64,000 nt of DNA from Candidatus Staskawiczbacteria bacterium (GCA_963778905.1 CAVZWH010000024.1:12498-76497), one strand, 5' to 3'; numbered from the stretch's first letter, positions 38,306 through 48,274 are shown. Translations and numbers: made by a program. The notes: generated by a model from the letters alone, not told the origin.

Positions 38306-38803
38306 ATGAACAAAATATTAATAGGTTTAGTCATAGTATTAATTATAATCGCAGTTGTGGCAATATATTTTTCTTTGCCAAAACAAAATAATAAACCAAT
38401 AATGCAAAATCAAATAAATCAAAATCCTCAACAAAGTGGAAGCTCTCCAACTGCAACTACTAGTTTCGATATTCAAGGAATGAAGGTTGAAATTTTAAAA
38501 CAAGGAACCGGCGAAGGGGCAAAAGTGGGGGACAACATAGTGGTAAATTATGTTGGAACTTTAACAGATGGCACAAAATTTGATTCTTCAATTGACAGAA
38601 ACCAGCCATTTCCATATACTTTGGGCCAAAATATGGTTATAAAAGGATGGGAGCTTGGGCTTTTGGGAATGAAAGTCGGTGAAAAAAGAAAACTGACAAT
38701 TCCGCCGGAATTAGCATACGGAGAAGCAGGGCGTCCACCGGTTATTCCTCAAAACGCAACCTTAATATTTGAAATTGATATGTTGTCTATTAACGGTAAA
38801 TAG
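38306..38803 (+). CDS. FKBP-type peptidyl-prolyl isomerase, membrane anchored
   Basis: VNYVGTLTDGTKFDSS, VIKGW, IPPELAYG, IPQNATLIFEI. Confidence 0.95.
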   Translation: MNKILIGLVIVLIIIAVVAIYFSLPKQNNKPIMQNQINQNPQQSGSSPTATTSFDIQGMKVEILKQGTGEGAKVGDNIVVNYVGTLTDGTKFDSSIDRNQPFPYTLGQNMVIKGWELGLLGMKVGEKRKLTIPPELAYGEAGRPPVIPQNATLIFEIDMLSINGK

Positions 38804-38815
38804 AAATTATCACAA

Positions 38816-38850
38816 AATCAAAAAACCGGGCTTTACCCGGTTTTTTGATT
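38816..38850 (+). terminator. Intrinsic terminator
   Basis: AATCAAAAAACCGGG-cttta-CCCGGTTTTTTGATT. Confidence 0.88.
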
Positions 38851-38856
38851 AAACGC

Positions 38857-38917
38857 TTGACATGCGTCTGCATTTATAATATAATAGATTATCTAATAGT
38901 TAGGTAATCAAACTATT
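38857..38917 (+). promoter_or_regulatory. Sigma70 promoter plus putative MarR operator
   Basis: TTGACA(38857)-N17-TATAAT(38880); inverted repeat AATAGTT-aggtaatca-AACTATT just downstream. Confidence 0.7.
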
Positions 38918-38929
38918 AAACAATCATCT

Positions 38930-39349
38930 ATGGAGATTAATGAAAAACTATTATCTGCGATATTTAATATCGGCGGATTAATAAAAGAAAAAATGCATGC
39001 AAGCGATTGCTTAAAGGACTTTACATATTCAGAATTTGAAGTTTTAAAATTTGTAGGAAGCAACAAAAATACAACGATGAAATCGATAGCTAATTATCTG
39101 CACATAAAACCTTCTTCGGCAACTCCTGTAATTGATGGCTTGGTAAAAAAGGGGAACATAAAAAGAACACAAAGCAAAGATGACAGAAGGGTGCTTTATA
39201 TAGCCATAACGCCAAAAGGATTGAAATCTTTACAAAAAAAGTATAAAAATATACATAAAACTATTGAAAAAGTTTTTGGAAAGCTTAGTGATAAAGATAA
39301 AAAAACATTAATAAAAATATTTGAAAAAATTCATGCAGAAAATATATAA
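38930..39349 (+). CDS. MarR family regulator
   Basis: TMKSIA..LHIKPSSAT..IDGLVKKG; DDRRV...TPKG. Confidence 0.93.
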   Translation: MEINEKLLSAIFNIGGLIKEKMHASDCLKDFTYSEFEVLKFVGSNKNTTMKSIANYLHIKPSSATPVIDGLVKKGNIKRTQSKDDRRVLYIAITPKGLKSLQKKYKNIHKTIEKVFGKLSDKDKKTLIKIFEKIHAENI

Positions 39350-40841
39350 AAATCTAATCATAGCAGGAATTGTAATAGTAGCAATCGGAATTGCTGTTTT
39401 GCTGTGGATGTTCTTTGGCAGAAGTTCGCCATTAATTCTGTCTTCAGTCCAAGCACACAATGGCGACATCACAGAAAAAATAAATTTAACAGGACAAGTT
39501 AAGGCATCTCAGGGCGTTGATTTGGCTTTTGTGGCTTCTGGAAAGATTATAGCAAATTACGTAAAAGCCGGTGATAAAATTTATGCTGGTCAAAGTTTGG
39601 CTGTTCTTGATCAAAATTCGGCAATGGCAACTTTGACAATCGCAAAAGGAGCATTGGCTCAGGCGCAAGCAAACTACGACAAGCTTTTAGCGGGCACGAC
39701 TCAGCAAAACATTCAGACAGTTCAAGATTCTATAAATTTATCTAAACAAAATTTAACCAACGCATATAACGGAGCTATAAACACATTGAATAATGCTTAC
39801 ACCAGCATATATAACGCATACAATGTTGCTGTTTTAATGCAAAATAATTATTTTTCAGCGCAGGATCAGCAAGGCATTCAGGTTTCTGACGCGAGAAATG
39901 ATATCAATAGCAACATGCAAAATGCGCAAAATTATTTGAATACAGCTGAAAAATCTTTGGCGCCCGCAGACATTGATACAAATGTCACGCAAATGATTTT
40001 AGCACTTAACAATGTTTATGACGATATAAATACTATTAGAGCTCAATGCGACCAGGGAATATATTATTCCAAAGTTGTGGCTGGAGATAAAGCATCTTTG
40101 GACACTCAAAAAACATCTATTAACACAACCTTGACCGGTGTTACTGCTTTGCAGCAAAATATTGCATCTTTGAAATTAGTTTTACAATCAGCACAAGACC
40201 AGTTAAGCGTCGCAACAGCTCCACCGACGCAAGAAAACATTAAATCAGCCAAAGCTCAAATACTTTCAGCTCAAGGGCAAGTTGATTTGGCGCAGGCTGC
40301 TGTAAATAACACAATTTTATTTGCGCCATTCAGTGGCCAGGTTGATAAAGATAATGTTGTTGTCGGTTCAATTGCATCTCCCAACGCGCCGGTAATAACA
40401 ATTTCAAATAATAATCTTGAAATAGACACGAGTGTTCCCGAGATTGATGTAGCAAATACAAAAATTGGAGATTTAGCAAACGTTGCTTTAGATGCATTTG
40501 GAAATGACACTATTTTTCCGGCAACAATTATTTCTATTGATTCAGCTCCGTCAATTGTAAATGGCATATCGGTTTATGGCGCCAAATTAAAATTTAATAA
40601 TTCAGACAGCAGAATAAATCCTGGCATGACGGCCAACATAACCGTAATCTCTGATACTCATTCAAATGTTTTGATAGTTCCGATATCGGCAGTCATACAA
40701 CAAAATGGCAAATATTTTGTGATAGTTGATAAAGGAAATTCTCAAAAAGAATCTAGAGAAATTACTGTCGGCCTGAGAGATGACAAAAATATTGAAATAA
40801 CTTCTGGATTATCATTAAACGAAAAAGTACTTGCATATTAA
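39333..40841 (+). CDS. Efflux periplasmic adaptor (HlyD/MacA-like)
   Basis: TM; VKAGDKIYAGQSLAVLD; long coiled coil; APFSGQV; PGMTA. Confidence 0.88.
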   Translation: MQKIYKNLIIAGIVIVAIGIAVLLWMFFGRSSPLILSSVQAHNGDITEKINLTGQVKASQGVDLAFVASGKIIANYVKAGDKIYAGQSLAVLDQNSAMATLTIAKGALAQAQANYDKLLAGTTQQNIQTVQDSINLSKQNLTNAYNGAINTLNNAYTSIYNAYNVAVLMQNNYFSAQDQQGIQVSDARNDINSNMQNAQNYLNTAEKSLAPADIDTNVTQMILALNNVYDDINTIRAQCDQGIYYSKVVAGDKASLDTQKTSINTTLTGVTALQQNIASLKLVLQSAQDQLSVATAPPTQENIKSAKAQILSAQGQVDLAQAAVNNTILFAPFSGQVDKDNVVVGSIASPNAPVITISNNNLEIDTSVPEIDVANTKIGDLANVALDAFGNDTIFPATIISIDSAPSIVNGISVYGAKLKFNNSDSRINPGMTANITVISDTHSNVLIVPISAVIQQNGKYFVIVDKGNSQKESREITVGLRDDKNIEITSGLSLNEKVLAY

Positions 40842-40845
40842 AACT

Positions 40846-41508
40846 ATGGAAAATAAAACTTTAGAAAATTTAGAAAAAGCAGAAAAAAAAATTGTTAAGA
40901 GCACCCGCAATAAAATAATCGCGGTGATTGTTGTTGCGGTGGTAATCTTGGGTAGCGTAATCGGGTTAATATATTGGAACATTGTTTCACACAGAGTTTA
41001 CATAGAAAATTCTTCAATATCAGCCCCCGTGGTTAATTTGTCTCCATCAGTTGGCGGAATTTTACAAGAAGTTTATGTTAATGTTGGCGACGAAGTGCAA
41101 AATTCGGCGCCAATTGCAAGAGTTGGCAACGAGTTGATAAAAGCGCCCTTGGCAGGCCAAATTTTATCTATAAATACAAGCATAGGAACTTCGTTCGGGC
41201 CAGGCCAGGCGGTCGCCACAATGATAAATCCAAACGATTTAAGAGTTGTCGGGCAGGTTGAGGAAGACAAAGGATTGTCACAAATAAAAATCGGGCAACA
41301 GGCAATTTTCACAGTTGATGCTTTTGGTTCAAAAGAATATTCCGGTATTGTAGACGAAATTAGTCCGACTTCCGACGCGGGCGACATTGTTTTTAATATT
41401 TCTGGCACAAGGCAGGAAATGAATTTTGATGTTAAGGTAAGATTTGACACAACTCAATACCCAGAATTAAAAAACGGAATGTCAGCAAAACTTTGGATTT
41501 ACAAATAG
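40846..41508 (+). CDS. HlyD/EmrA-like adaptor lacking the coiled-coil hairpin
   Basis: TM; adjacent lipoyl halves (VGDEV...IKAPLAG); LKNGMSA. Confidence 0.8.
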   Translation: MENKTLENLEKAEKKIVKSTRNKIIAVIVVAVVILGSVIGLIYWNIVSHRVYIENSSISAPVVNLSPSVGGILQEVYVNVGDEVQNSAPIARVGNELIKAPLAGQILSINTSIGTSFGPGQAVATMINPNDLRVVGQVEEDKGLSQIKIGQQAIFTVDAFGSKEYSGIVDEISPTSDAGDIVFNISGTRQEMNFDVKVRFDTTQYPELKNGMSAKLWIYK

Positions 41509-41518
41509 ATAAATAAAA

Positions 41519-43024
41519 ATGATTCAAGAAGACCATCCAAATTTTAAGTGGCTTGTGTTGCTCACTGTAATTATCGGAACTTTTTTGGGCAGATTAGATC
41601 AGACAATCGTAAACCTGGCTCTGCCAAAAATAATTGAAGATTTCAAAATTACAATTACCGCAGCCGGCTGGATTGCAACCGCGTACATATTAGCTAACGC
41701 GGTTTTTGTTCCTATTTGGGGAAAATTGGGCGACACCGTGGGCAGAAAAAAAATTTATATTTTGGGTTTTTCAATTTTTATTTTTGGCTCGGCTTTGGCA
41801 GGATTTGCGTGGAATCTAAGTTCTATGATTGTTTTTAGAATTATCCAAGCTGTCGCAAGTTCGGCAGATTATCCAACAGCCATGGCAATTTTAGCGGTAA
41901 CTTTTAAGCAGGGCAGGGAGCGGGCGCAGGCATTGGGTTTGTGGTCGGTTTCTTTTGCGGCAGCCGCGGTTTGTGGCCCGTTAATAGGAGGTCCTATGAT
42001 TGATGCATTTGGCTGGAGGAGCATATTTTTGTTAAATATTCCGGTTGGTCTTGTTGGGCTTGCAATGGCTTTTATTTTTGTCAGAGAGTCGGTTTCCGAA
42101 CACAAAACAATACATTTTGACTGGTCGGGCGCAATTGTTCTTGGCACGGCTCTTTCGGCATTAGTTTTGGTTCTTGACCAGGGAAGCGCTTGGGGCTGGT
42201 TAGCATATCAAAGCATAATTTGTTATATTGCTACAATTTTATTTACAATTATTTTTGTGTTTATAGAAAAATTTGCAGCCGAACCGATTGTTGACCTTAA
42301 GTTTTTCAAAAATAGCGTTTTTGTAAACACTTTAACAAATAATTTTATTACTTTTATGGCGTTATCGGGCGCATTATTTTTGGTTCCGATTTTTGTTGAA
42401 ACTTATTTAGGATATGACGCCACAAAAACCGGATATTTATTTATTCCGATGGCTCTTTTTATGGTGGTGGCCTCGGCAATTGGCGGAAGTTTGACTGGAA
42501 AAGTCCAGCCAAGATATGTAATTTTTGCCAGTACTTTTGTGGCATCCATTGGGTTGTTTATGTTTTCAGGTTTAGACCCAAGGACAAGCGCCATGGGCAT
42601 AATTATTCCTCTTTCGGTAATGGCTTTTGGGCTGGGTTTTGGCATGGCGCAGAGAACATCTGTTATTGCCGCCGTTGTGCCAACCGAAGAAATTGGAGTT
42701 GCTTCATCAATTTTGGCGCTTGGCAGAAATATCGCCGGAGCTTTTGGCATTGCAATTTTTGGCACAATTTTAACTAACGTCACAAATACAAATGTTTTGA
42801 ATATCGCTTATCACAGCACAATAAAAATTTTAAATCCGCAAATTTACCAGCAGGCAGTGGAATTAATTATTCTGAAAGCCCAGGTTGACGCGTACCAGCC
42901 GGTTTTTATTTCAGCCGCGGTTGTATTGCTGATAGGAGCCGCGCTTTCCTTATTGATTAAGGTCTCTAAAGAAAAAATGCACGGAGGAGCGCATGACGGC
43001 CAAGAAGTTTTTATTGAAGTTTAG
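41519..43024 (+). CDS. DHA2 (EmrB/QacA) MFS transporter
   Basis: LDQTIVNLALP, WIATAY, GKLGDTVGRK, GWRSIFLLNIPVG. Confidence 0.93.
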   Translation: MIQEDHPNFKWLVLLTVIIGTFLGRLDQTIVNLALPKIIEDFKITITAAGWIATAYILANAVFVPIWGKLGDTVGRKKIYILGFSIFIFGSALAGFAWNLSSMIVFRIIQAVASSADYPTAMAILAVTFKQGRERAQALGLWSVSFAAAAVCGPLIGGPMIDAFGWRSIFLLNIPVGLVGLAMAFIFVRESVSEHKTIHFDWSGAIVLGTALSALVLVLDQGSAWGWLAYQSIICYIATILFTIIFVFIEKFAAEPIVDLKFFKNSVFVNTLTNNFITFMALSGALFLVPIFVETYLGYDATKTGYLFIPMALFMVVASAIGGSLTGKVQPRYVIFASTFVASIGLFMFSGLDPRTSAMGIIIPLSVMAFGLGFGMAQRTSVIAAVVPTEEIGVASSILALGRNIAGAFGIAIFGTILTNVTNTNVLNIAYHSTIKILNPQIYQQAVELIILKAQVDAYQPVFISAAVVLLIGAALSLLIKVSKEKMHGGAHDGQEVFIEV

Positions 43025-43036
43025 AAACAGAACGAT

Positions 43037-43061
43037 AAAATCGCCGAAAGGCGATTTTTTT
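43037..43061 (+). terminator. Intrinsic terminator
   Basis: AAAATCGCC-gaaa-GGCGATTTTTTT. Confidence 0.88.
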
Positions 43062-43086
43062 GGTACAATAAACGTATAAATAGTAT

Positions 43087-43629
43087 ATGAAAAAATATGA
43101 AACAATAGTTTTAGGCGGAGGGTGTTTTTGGTGCACAGAAGCTGTGTTTAAGATGCTAAAGGGAATTATTTCAGTTGAACCAGGATATGCCGGAGGCACA
43201 AAAGAAAACCCAACTTACGAGGAAGTTTGTTCTGGAAAAACCGGGCATGCTGAGGTCATAAAAATTGAATATGACCCAAAAATTATTTCTTTTGAAAAAA
43301 TTTTAACAGTATTTTTTGCAAGCCACGATCCAACAACTATAAACAAGCAAAGAAATGACGTGGGCGAACAATACAGGTCAATGATTTTATATACAAATGA
43401 AAATCAAAAAACTGAAGCAGAAAATTTTATAAAAAAATTAAATGACTCCAGCAAAGAAGATAAGCCGATTGTCACGGAAACAAAATCTTTTGATAAATTC
43501 TATTCAGCAGAAAATTATCACAAAGATTACTACAAAAATCATCCAAAGAAAGCTTACTGCCAGGTTGTCATAAATCCAAAATTAGATAAAGTAAAAGAAA
43601 AATTTGCAAATTTATTAAAAAATTTATGA
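43087..43629 (+). CDS. msrA: Peptide methionine (S)-sulfoxide reductase
   Basis: GGGCFWCTE, PTYEEVC, GHAE, HDPT, GEQYRS, AENYH. Confidence 0.96.
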   Translation: MKKYETIVLGGGCFWCTEAVFKMLKGIISVEPGYAGGTKENPTYEEVCSGKTGHAEVIKIEYDPKIISFEKILTVFFASHDPTTINKQRNDVGEQYRSMILYTNENQKTEAENFIKKLNDSSKEDKPIVTETKSFDKFYSAENYHKDYYKNHPKKAYCQVVINPKLDKVKEKFANLLKNL

Positions 43630-43979
43630 AAAAAGATTTCAAAAATTTAGCTACAGAGCAGTATAAAATAATGAGAGAGAAGGGGACTGAGACACCTTTT
43701 ACGGGCAAGTATGTCCACGAGACAAAAAACGGAACATATAATTGCGCCGCCTGCGGAAATCCTTTATTCAAATCAGATGCAAAATTTGATTCTGGTACCG
43801 GTTGGCCGAGTTTCGACCAGGCGATAGAAGGTTCTGTGGAATATAAACCAGATGGAAACCGCACGGAAATAATTTGTTCAAAATGTAAATCTCATTTAGG
43901 CCACGTATTTGATGATGGTCCGACCAAAACTGGTAAACGTTATTGCATCAATTCTGTGTGCTTGGATTTGAAATCCTAA
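43626..43979 (+). CDS. msrB: Peptide methionine (R)-sulfoxide reductase
   Basis: GTETPF, CAAC, DSGTGWPSF, HLGHVFDDGP, RYCINS. Confidence 0.96.
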   Translation: MKKDFKNLATEQYKIMREKGTETPFTGKYVHETKNGTYNCAACGNPLFKSDAKFDSGTGWPSFDQAIEGSVEYKPDGNRTEIICSKCKSHLGHVFDDGPTKTGKRYCINSVCLDLKS

Positions 43980-43985
43980 AAATAA

Positions 43986-45179
43986 ATGGAAAACAACAAT
44001 AAATCACAAAAAAAGAACCGAAATGTTTTTTATGTCGGGCTTTTGAGTTTTTTTGGCGGAATAAGCCAGGATATTTTTTCGCCAATTTTGCCAATTTACT
44101 TAACTTCAATTTTAGGGTTTGATAAAACCATTGTGGGCATTGCCGAAGGAATTGTTACAGCAAGCGCAAATCTTTTTGCAATTGTTGCAGGATTTTTATC
44201 CGACAAATTAAAAAAACAAAAGCCAATAATTTTTTTAGGATATTTTTTATCAATGATTGGCAGAGTTTTGCTGGTTTTTTTTACTTCAATCGGTTCGGTT
44301 GTTGGTCTAAGATTGCTTGACGGCACAGGAAAGGGAATTAAAGAACCGCCGAAAGATGTTTTGGTGGCCGGCTCATCAGAAAAGCAAGTGCGCGGAAAAA
44401 GTTTTGGAATTGCAACAATGCTTGATACTTTGGGTTCTGTTGCAGGCCCTCTAATTTTATTTTTTCTTCTCTGGATTTTCAAAAACAGCAGCACACTTTA
44501 TCACGATATCTTATTTTTTTCGGCAGTTCCTTTAATAATCACTCTTTTATTGATATTTAAGCTTAAAGAATTACCAAAATCCGAAATTAAAAAGGTAGAA
44601 GTGCCGCAGTCAAAAGGTAAATTGCCGGCAACGTTTTATATTTTTATTGCAATAATTATTATTTTTACTTTGGGAAATTCTTCTGACGCATTTTTAATTC
44701 TTCGGGCAAAAAATCTTGGCGTAACATTATTGGAAATTCCACTAGTAATTGCGCTTTTCAATTTAATTTATGCTTTGGCTGCGGTTCCGTTTGGATCTTT
44801 ATCAGACAAAATCGGCAGAATTCCAACTTTGATTATCGGCTGGGCCTCGTATGCTTTGGTTTATTTGGGATTTGCTATTTCCACGCACGCAATTTTAATC
44901 TGGTTTTTGTACGGATTTTACGGAATTTATTATGCGATAAGCATGGGAGTTTCTAAAGCTTTTTTGTCGGACATCGTAAATCCCGACCACCGCGGCAGAG
45001 CTTTTGGAATTTACGGAATGACAGTTGGGCTTACAACTTTGCCGGCAAGTTTTTTGGCCGGGATTCTCTGGGATAAATTTGGAGCTGCAATTCCATTTTA
45101 TTTTGGAGCTGCAATGGCGCTGCTGGCCTGCATTAGTTTGTTATTTTATTCCAAGTATTGCAAAAATTTTATAAAGTAA
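43986..45179 (+). CDS. MFS transporter
   Basis: 12-TM pattern; AGFLSDK; GSLSDKIGR; RGRAFG. Confidence 0.9.
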   Translation: MENNNKSQKKNRNVFYVGLLSFFGGISQDIFSPILPIYLTSILGFDKTIVGIAEGIVTASANLFAIVAGFLSDKLKKQKPIIFLGYFLSMIGRVLLVFFTSIGSVVGLRLLDGTGKGIKEPPKDVLVAGSSEKQVRGKSFGIATMLDTLGSVAGPLILFFLLWIFKNSSTLYHDILFFSAVPLIITLLLIFKLKELPKSEIKKVEVPQSKGKLPATFYIFIAIIIIFTLGNSSDAFLILRAKNLGVTLLEIPLVIALFNLIYALAAVPFGSLSDKIGRIPTLIIGWASYALVYLGFAISTHAILIWFLYGFYGIYYAISMGVSKAFLSDIVNPDHRGRAFGIYGMTVGLTTLPASFLAGILWDKFGAAIPFYFGAAMALLACISLLFYSKYCKNFIK

Positions 45180-45196
45180 TATTATATAAAACAAAG

Positions 45197-45272
45197 GGGG
45201 TCGTAAGCTCAATAGGGAGAGCCCCGCACTCTTTGTGCGGAAGGAATGTAGGTTCAAATCCTGCCGACTCCA
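45197..45272 (+). tRNA. Non-canonical tRNA-like gene: Ala-type acceptor (G3:U70, A73), nominal anticodon CUU
   Basis: GGGGTCG/CGACTCC-A; GCTC-AATAGGGA-GAGC D-arm; CCGCA-CTCTTTG-TGCGG; GTAGG-TTCAAAT-CCTGC; extra A after A9, U37. Confidence 0.75.
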
Positions 45273-45274
45273 TT

Positions 45275-45304
45275 GACCCGAAGACTCGCTTTGGGTCTTT
45301 TTTT
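45275..45304 (+). terminator. Intrinsic terminator after the tRNA-like gene
   Basis: GACCCGAAG-actcg-CTTTGGGTC-TTTTTTT. Confidence 0.8.
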
Positions 45305-45349
45305 ACCTCTTGATTTTTTCGTTTTTTAGAGTATAATAAAAACACAAAT

Positions 45350-45826
45350 ATGGAAGAAAAAAACATAGAAAAATTACAAAAAGAATTAGAAGAAGCCAAG
45401 GCAAAGTGCGAGGAATATTTGAACGGCTGGAAAAGAGAGCGCGCGGATTTTTTGAACTACAAAAAAGACGAAATGGAGAGAATGGGGCAGTTGGTAAAAT
45501 ATGCAAACGAGGAATTGATTTTGAAAATAATTCCAATTTTGGATAATATTTGTTTGGCAGAATCGCACGTGCCGGAAGATTTGAAAAATAATACTTGGAT
45601 TGAAGGATTTTTGCAGATTAAAAAACAGCTGTCAGATTTTCTTTCCAAAGAGGGGATTGAATCCATAAAAACTATCGGCCAAAAATTTGATCCAAACTTT
45701 ATGGAAGTCGTTGAGGAAGTTGAGGCCAAAGACAAAAAATCTAGCGTAGTAATTGAAGAGGTGCAAAAAGGTTATACTCTGCAAGGAAAAATAATTCGCC
45801 CGACAAAAGTTAAAATATCAAAATAA
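45350..45826 (+). CDS. grpE: Nucleotide exchange factor GrpE
   Basis: RERADFLNYKK, PILDN, FDPNFME, QKGY..IRPTKV. Confidence 0.95.
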   Translation: MEEKNIEKLQKELEEAKAKCEEYLNGWKRERADFLNYKKDEMERMGQLVKYANEELILKIIPILDNICLAESHVPEDLKNNTWIEGFLQIKKQLSDFLSKEGIESIKTIGQKFDPNFMEVVEEVEAKDKKSSVVIEEVQKGYTLQGKIIRPTKVKISK

Positions 45827-45828
45827 AT

Positions 45829-46482
45829 ATGAATAAGAATAAAATTATCAGGCAAGTCCAAAGTTATGTTAAAAAAGAATTTGAAGGGGAATCAAGCGGA
45901 CACGATTGGTGGCACATTTTCAGAGTTTGGAAAATGGCAAAAGAGATAGCAAAAAAAGAGGGCGGCGATTTGTTTGTCATTGAACTGGGGGCGTTGTTGC
46001 ACGATATCGCTGATTGGAAATTCCACGGCGGCGACTTAAAAGCAGGTTCAAAAAAGGCAAGACCATTGTTAAAAAAATTTAAAGTTGATAAAACAACTAT
46101 AGAACACGTTTGTGATATCATAGATAATGTTTCTTTCAAGGGCGCTGGCGCTAAAAATGGAATAAAAACACTGGAAGGAAAAATAGTTCAGGATTCTGAC
46201 AGATTAGATGTTATCGGCGCCATTGGTATTGCCAGAACATTTGCATACGGAGGAAACAAAGGACGAGAAATATATAATCCAAACATAAAACCAAAACTTC
46301 ACAAATCATTTGATGATTACAAAAATAACAAAAGCTCATCTGTAAACCATTTTTACGAAAAAGTTTTATTATTAAAGGACAGACTAAATACAAAAACTGC
46401 AAAGAAGATAGCCGAACCAAGACACAAGTTTCTGGAAAATTATTTGAAACAATTTTTTAAGGAATGGGAAGTAAAAATATAA
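45829..46482 (+). CDS. HD-domain phosphohydrolase (YedJ-like)
   Basis: GHDWWHIFRV, LLHDIAD, VQDSDRLDVIGAIGIARTF, HFYEK. Confidence 0.92.
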   Translation: MNKNKIIRQVQSYVKKEFEGESSGHDWWHIFRVWKMAKEIAKKEGGDLFVIELGALLHDIADWKFHGGDLKAGSKKARPLLKKFKVDKTTIEHVCDIIDNVSFKGAGAKNGIKTLEGKIVQDSDRLDVIGAIGIARTFAYGGNKGREIYNPNIKPKLHKSFDDYKNNKSSSVNHFYEKVLLLKDRLNTKTAKKIAEPRHKFLENYLKQFFKEWEVKI

Positions 46483-46506
46483 AATTAATTATTAAATAAA
46501 AAAATT

Positions 46507-47535
46507 ATGGATAAAAAAGAACTAATAAAAAAAATTGAAGAGCAGAGGAAGTCTAAGGTTATTACATATGTAACCAGCGACAGACAAGGACCAGTAAATG
46601 CGCGAATTGCAATGGATGTTGTGCCGATTATTTCTAAACAATTGCAAAAAATCGGGAAAACGCAAAACATTGATTTGTTTTTATACAGCAGTGGCGGAGA
46701 TACTATGGTGCCCTGGAGGTTGGTTTCAATGATTAGAGAATACTGCGACAAATTTTCGGTGATAATTCCATACAAAGCCCACTCTGCTGCCACCATGATT
46801 TCTTTGGGAGCTGACGAAATTGTAATGAGCGATTTGTCCGAACTTTCGCCAATTGACCCGTCAACTGCCAACATTTTTAACCCTTCAGACCCGCAAAATC
46901 CGCTAAACAAAATTCCAATTTCAGTTGAAGACGTTATGGCATATTTCGACTTGGCAAAAAATAAATTTGGAATTAAAACTGATGAGGATTTGGCAAAAAT
47001 TTTTAATAAATTTGTAGAATCAAATCCGCAAATTCATCCTTTAGCACTTGGCAATATTAACCGCACTCATAATTTGATAAGAATACTTGCAAAACGGCTT
47101 TTGAAAAGCCACAAATCGCCGATGAAAGAAGATGAAATTGATAAAATTGTTGATTATTTTACAGAAAAACTTTATTCGCATCAATATTTTATTGGCAGAA
47201 AGGAAGCAAAAGACGACTTAGGATTAAAAAATGTTGTTAATGCCGATGATGCTTTGGCAAAATCAATGACAGAACTTTACGAGGCATACAAGGAAGAAAT
47301 GGGACTTGGCATTGGCGTGTGGAATCCAGAAAACGAGCTTGGATTAAACGTAAGCCAAAATAAAAAAGATTATAAAATCGCTAATATTGAAAGCGCGGAA
47401 TTATCAAATTATTTCAATCTTTCAATAGAATACAAACGCCAGCAAATTAATATGGTTCAGCAAACGCCCCAAGGCCCAATTCAAGTCCCGCAAGAACAAG
47501 TCATCTGGCGCGTCGTCGACCAAGGCTGGAAATAA
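46507..47535 (+). CDS. SDH-family Clp-fold serine protease
   Basis: DLFLYSSGG, KAHSAATMISLGADEIVM, LSPIDP, YSHQYFI. Confidence 0.85.
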   Translation: MDKKELIKKIEEQRKSKVITYVTSDRQGPVNARIAMDVVPIISKQLQKIGKTQNIDLFLYSSGGDTMVPWRLVSMIREYCDKFSVIIPYKAHSAATMISLGADEIVMSDLSELSPIDPSTANIFNPSDPQNPLNKIPISVEDVMAYFDLAKNKFGIKTDEDLAKIFNKFVESNPQIHPLALGNINRTHNLIRILAKRLLKSHKSPMKEDEIDKIVDYFTEKLYSHQYFIGRKEAKDDLGLKNVVNADDALAKSMTELYEAYKEEMGLGIGVWNPENELGLNVSQNKKDYKIANIESAELSNYFNLSIEYKRQQINMVQQTPQGPIQVPQEQVIWRVVDQGWK

Positions 47536-47539
47536 AAAT

Positions 47540-48253
47540 ATGGTAGAACCAATTATAACAATAATTTTCATAATTTTTGATTTTTTTAATAAGGGTTTAG
47601 GGCTAATAACCTTAATCGTCGGCTCCTTTGCAATCGCTCTCTATATCGCGCAAAAGAAAGAATATAAAAGAAACATTGCTCAACTAATAGATCAAGAAAT
47701 AAGATATGCTGAAAATCAAATAACCAATTCGCACATTATTACTAAAGGAAATTATTATTTGGCACATAAATTGCTACCGACAAATCATTGGTATAAGAAT
47801 ATAAACTTATTTATGAAAGATTTTAACGAGACAAAAATCGATAAAATAAGTAGATTTTATTCGCAGGTGGAGTATTTAGATGAGATAATAAAAAAAATAT
47901 CTGACTACAAAAACGACATTCTAAAGGAAACAATAGTATCAAATGGTAAAATATTGGCGAAAGCAGACATAAGTATCGCCGTAGAACTACATGAGATAAA
48001 AAATTTGTTAACCGCGAAGCTGCAATTAGAGCAGGGCCATAACCTACAAATTGGCGAGACAAAAGATGCGACACAAGGGTACAATGTGCAACAAGCATCA
48101 TCCACGCATAAAGTCGACATAATAGTTGAAAGGAAATTAATGGCCGAAGATATATTGAATGAAGTTTCCAATAAAATAGAATTTATTTATAACACACCAA
48201 TAGGAGAAAAATTTAGAGATATTTCGAAAAAGAAATGGCATCAATTTTTATAA
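47540..48253 (+). CDS. Hypothetical protein with N-terminal TM
   Basis: 237-aa co-oriented ORF, 4-nt gap from the previous gene. Confidence 0.7.
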   Translation: MVEPIITIIFIIFDFFNKGLGLITLIVGSFAIALYIAQKKEYKRNIAQLIDQEIRYAENQITNSHIITKGNYYLAHKLLPTNHWYKNINLFMKDFNETKIDKISRFYSQVEYLDEIIKKISDYKNDILKETIVSNGKILAKADISIAVELHEIKNLLTAKLQLEQGHNLQIGETKDATQGYNVQQASSTHKVDIIVERKLMAEDILNEVSNKIEFIYNTPIGEKFRDISKKKWHQFL

Positions 48254-48274
48254 AAATAATTAAAAAATAAAAAC

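Noticed and set aside
45180-45349. CIRCE operator or tmRNA upstream of grpE
   Set aside because: Only GCACTC matches and there is no TTAGCACTC-N9-GAGTGCTAA; the RNA has a D-arm, is 76 nt and has no tag-coding region.
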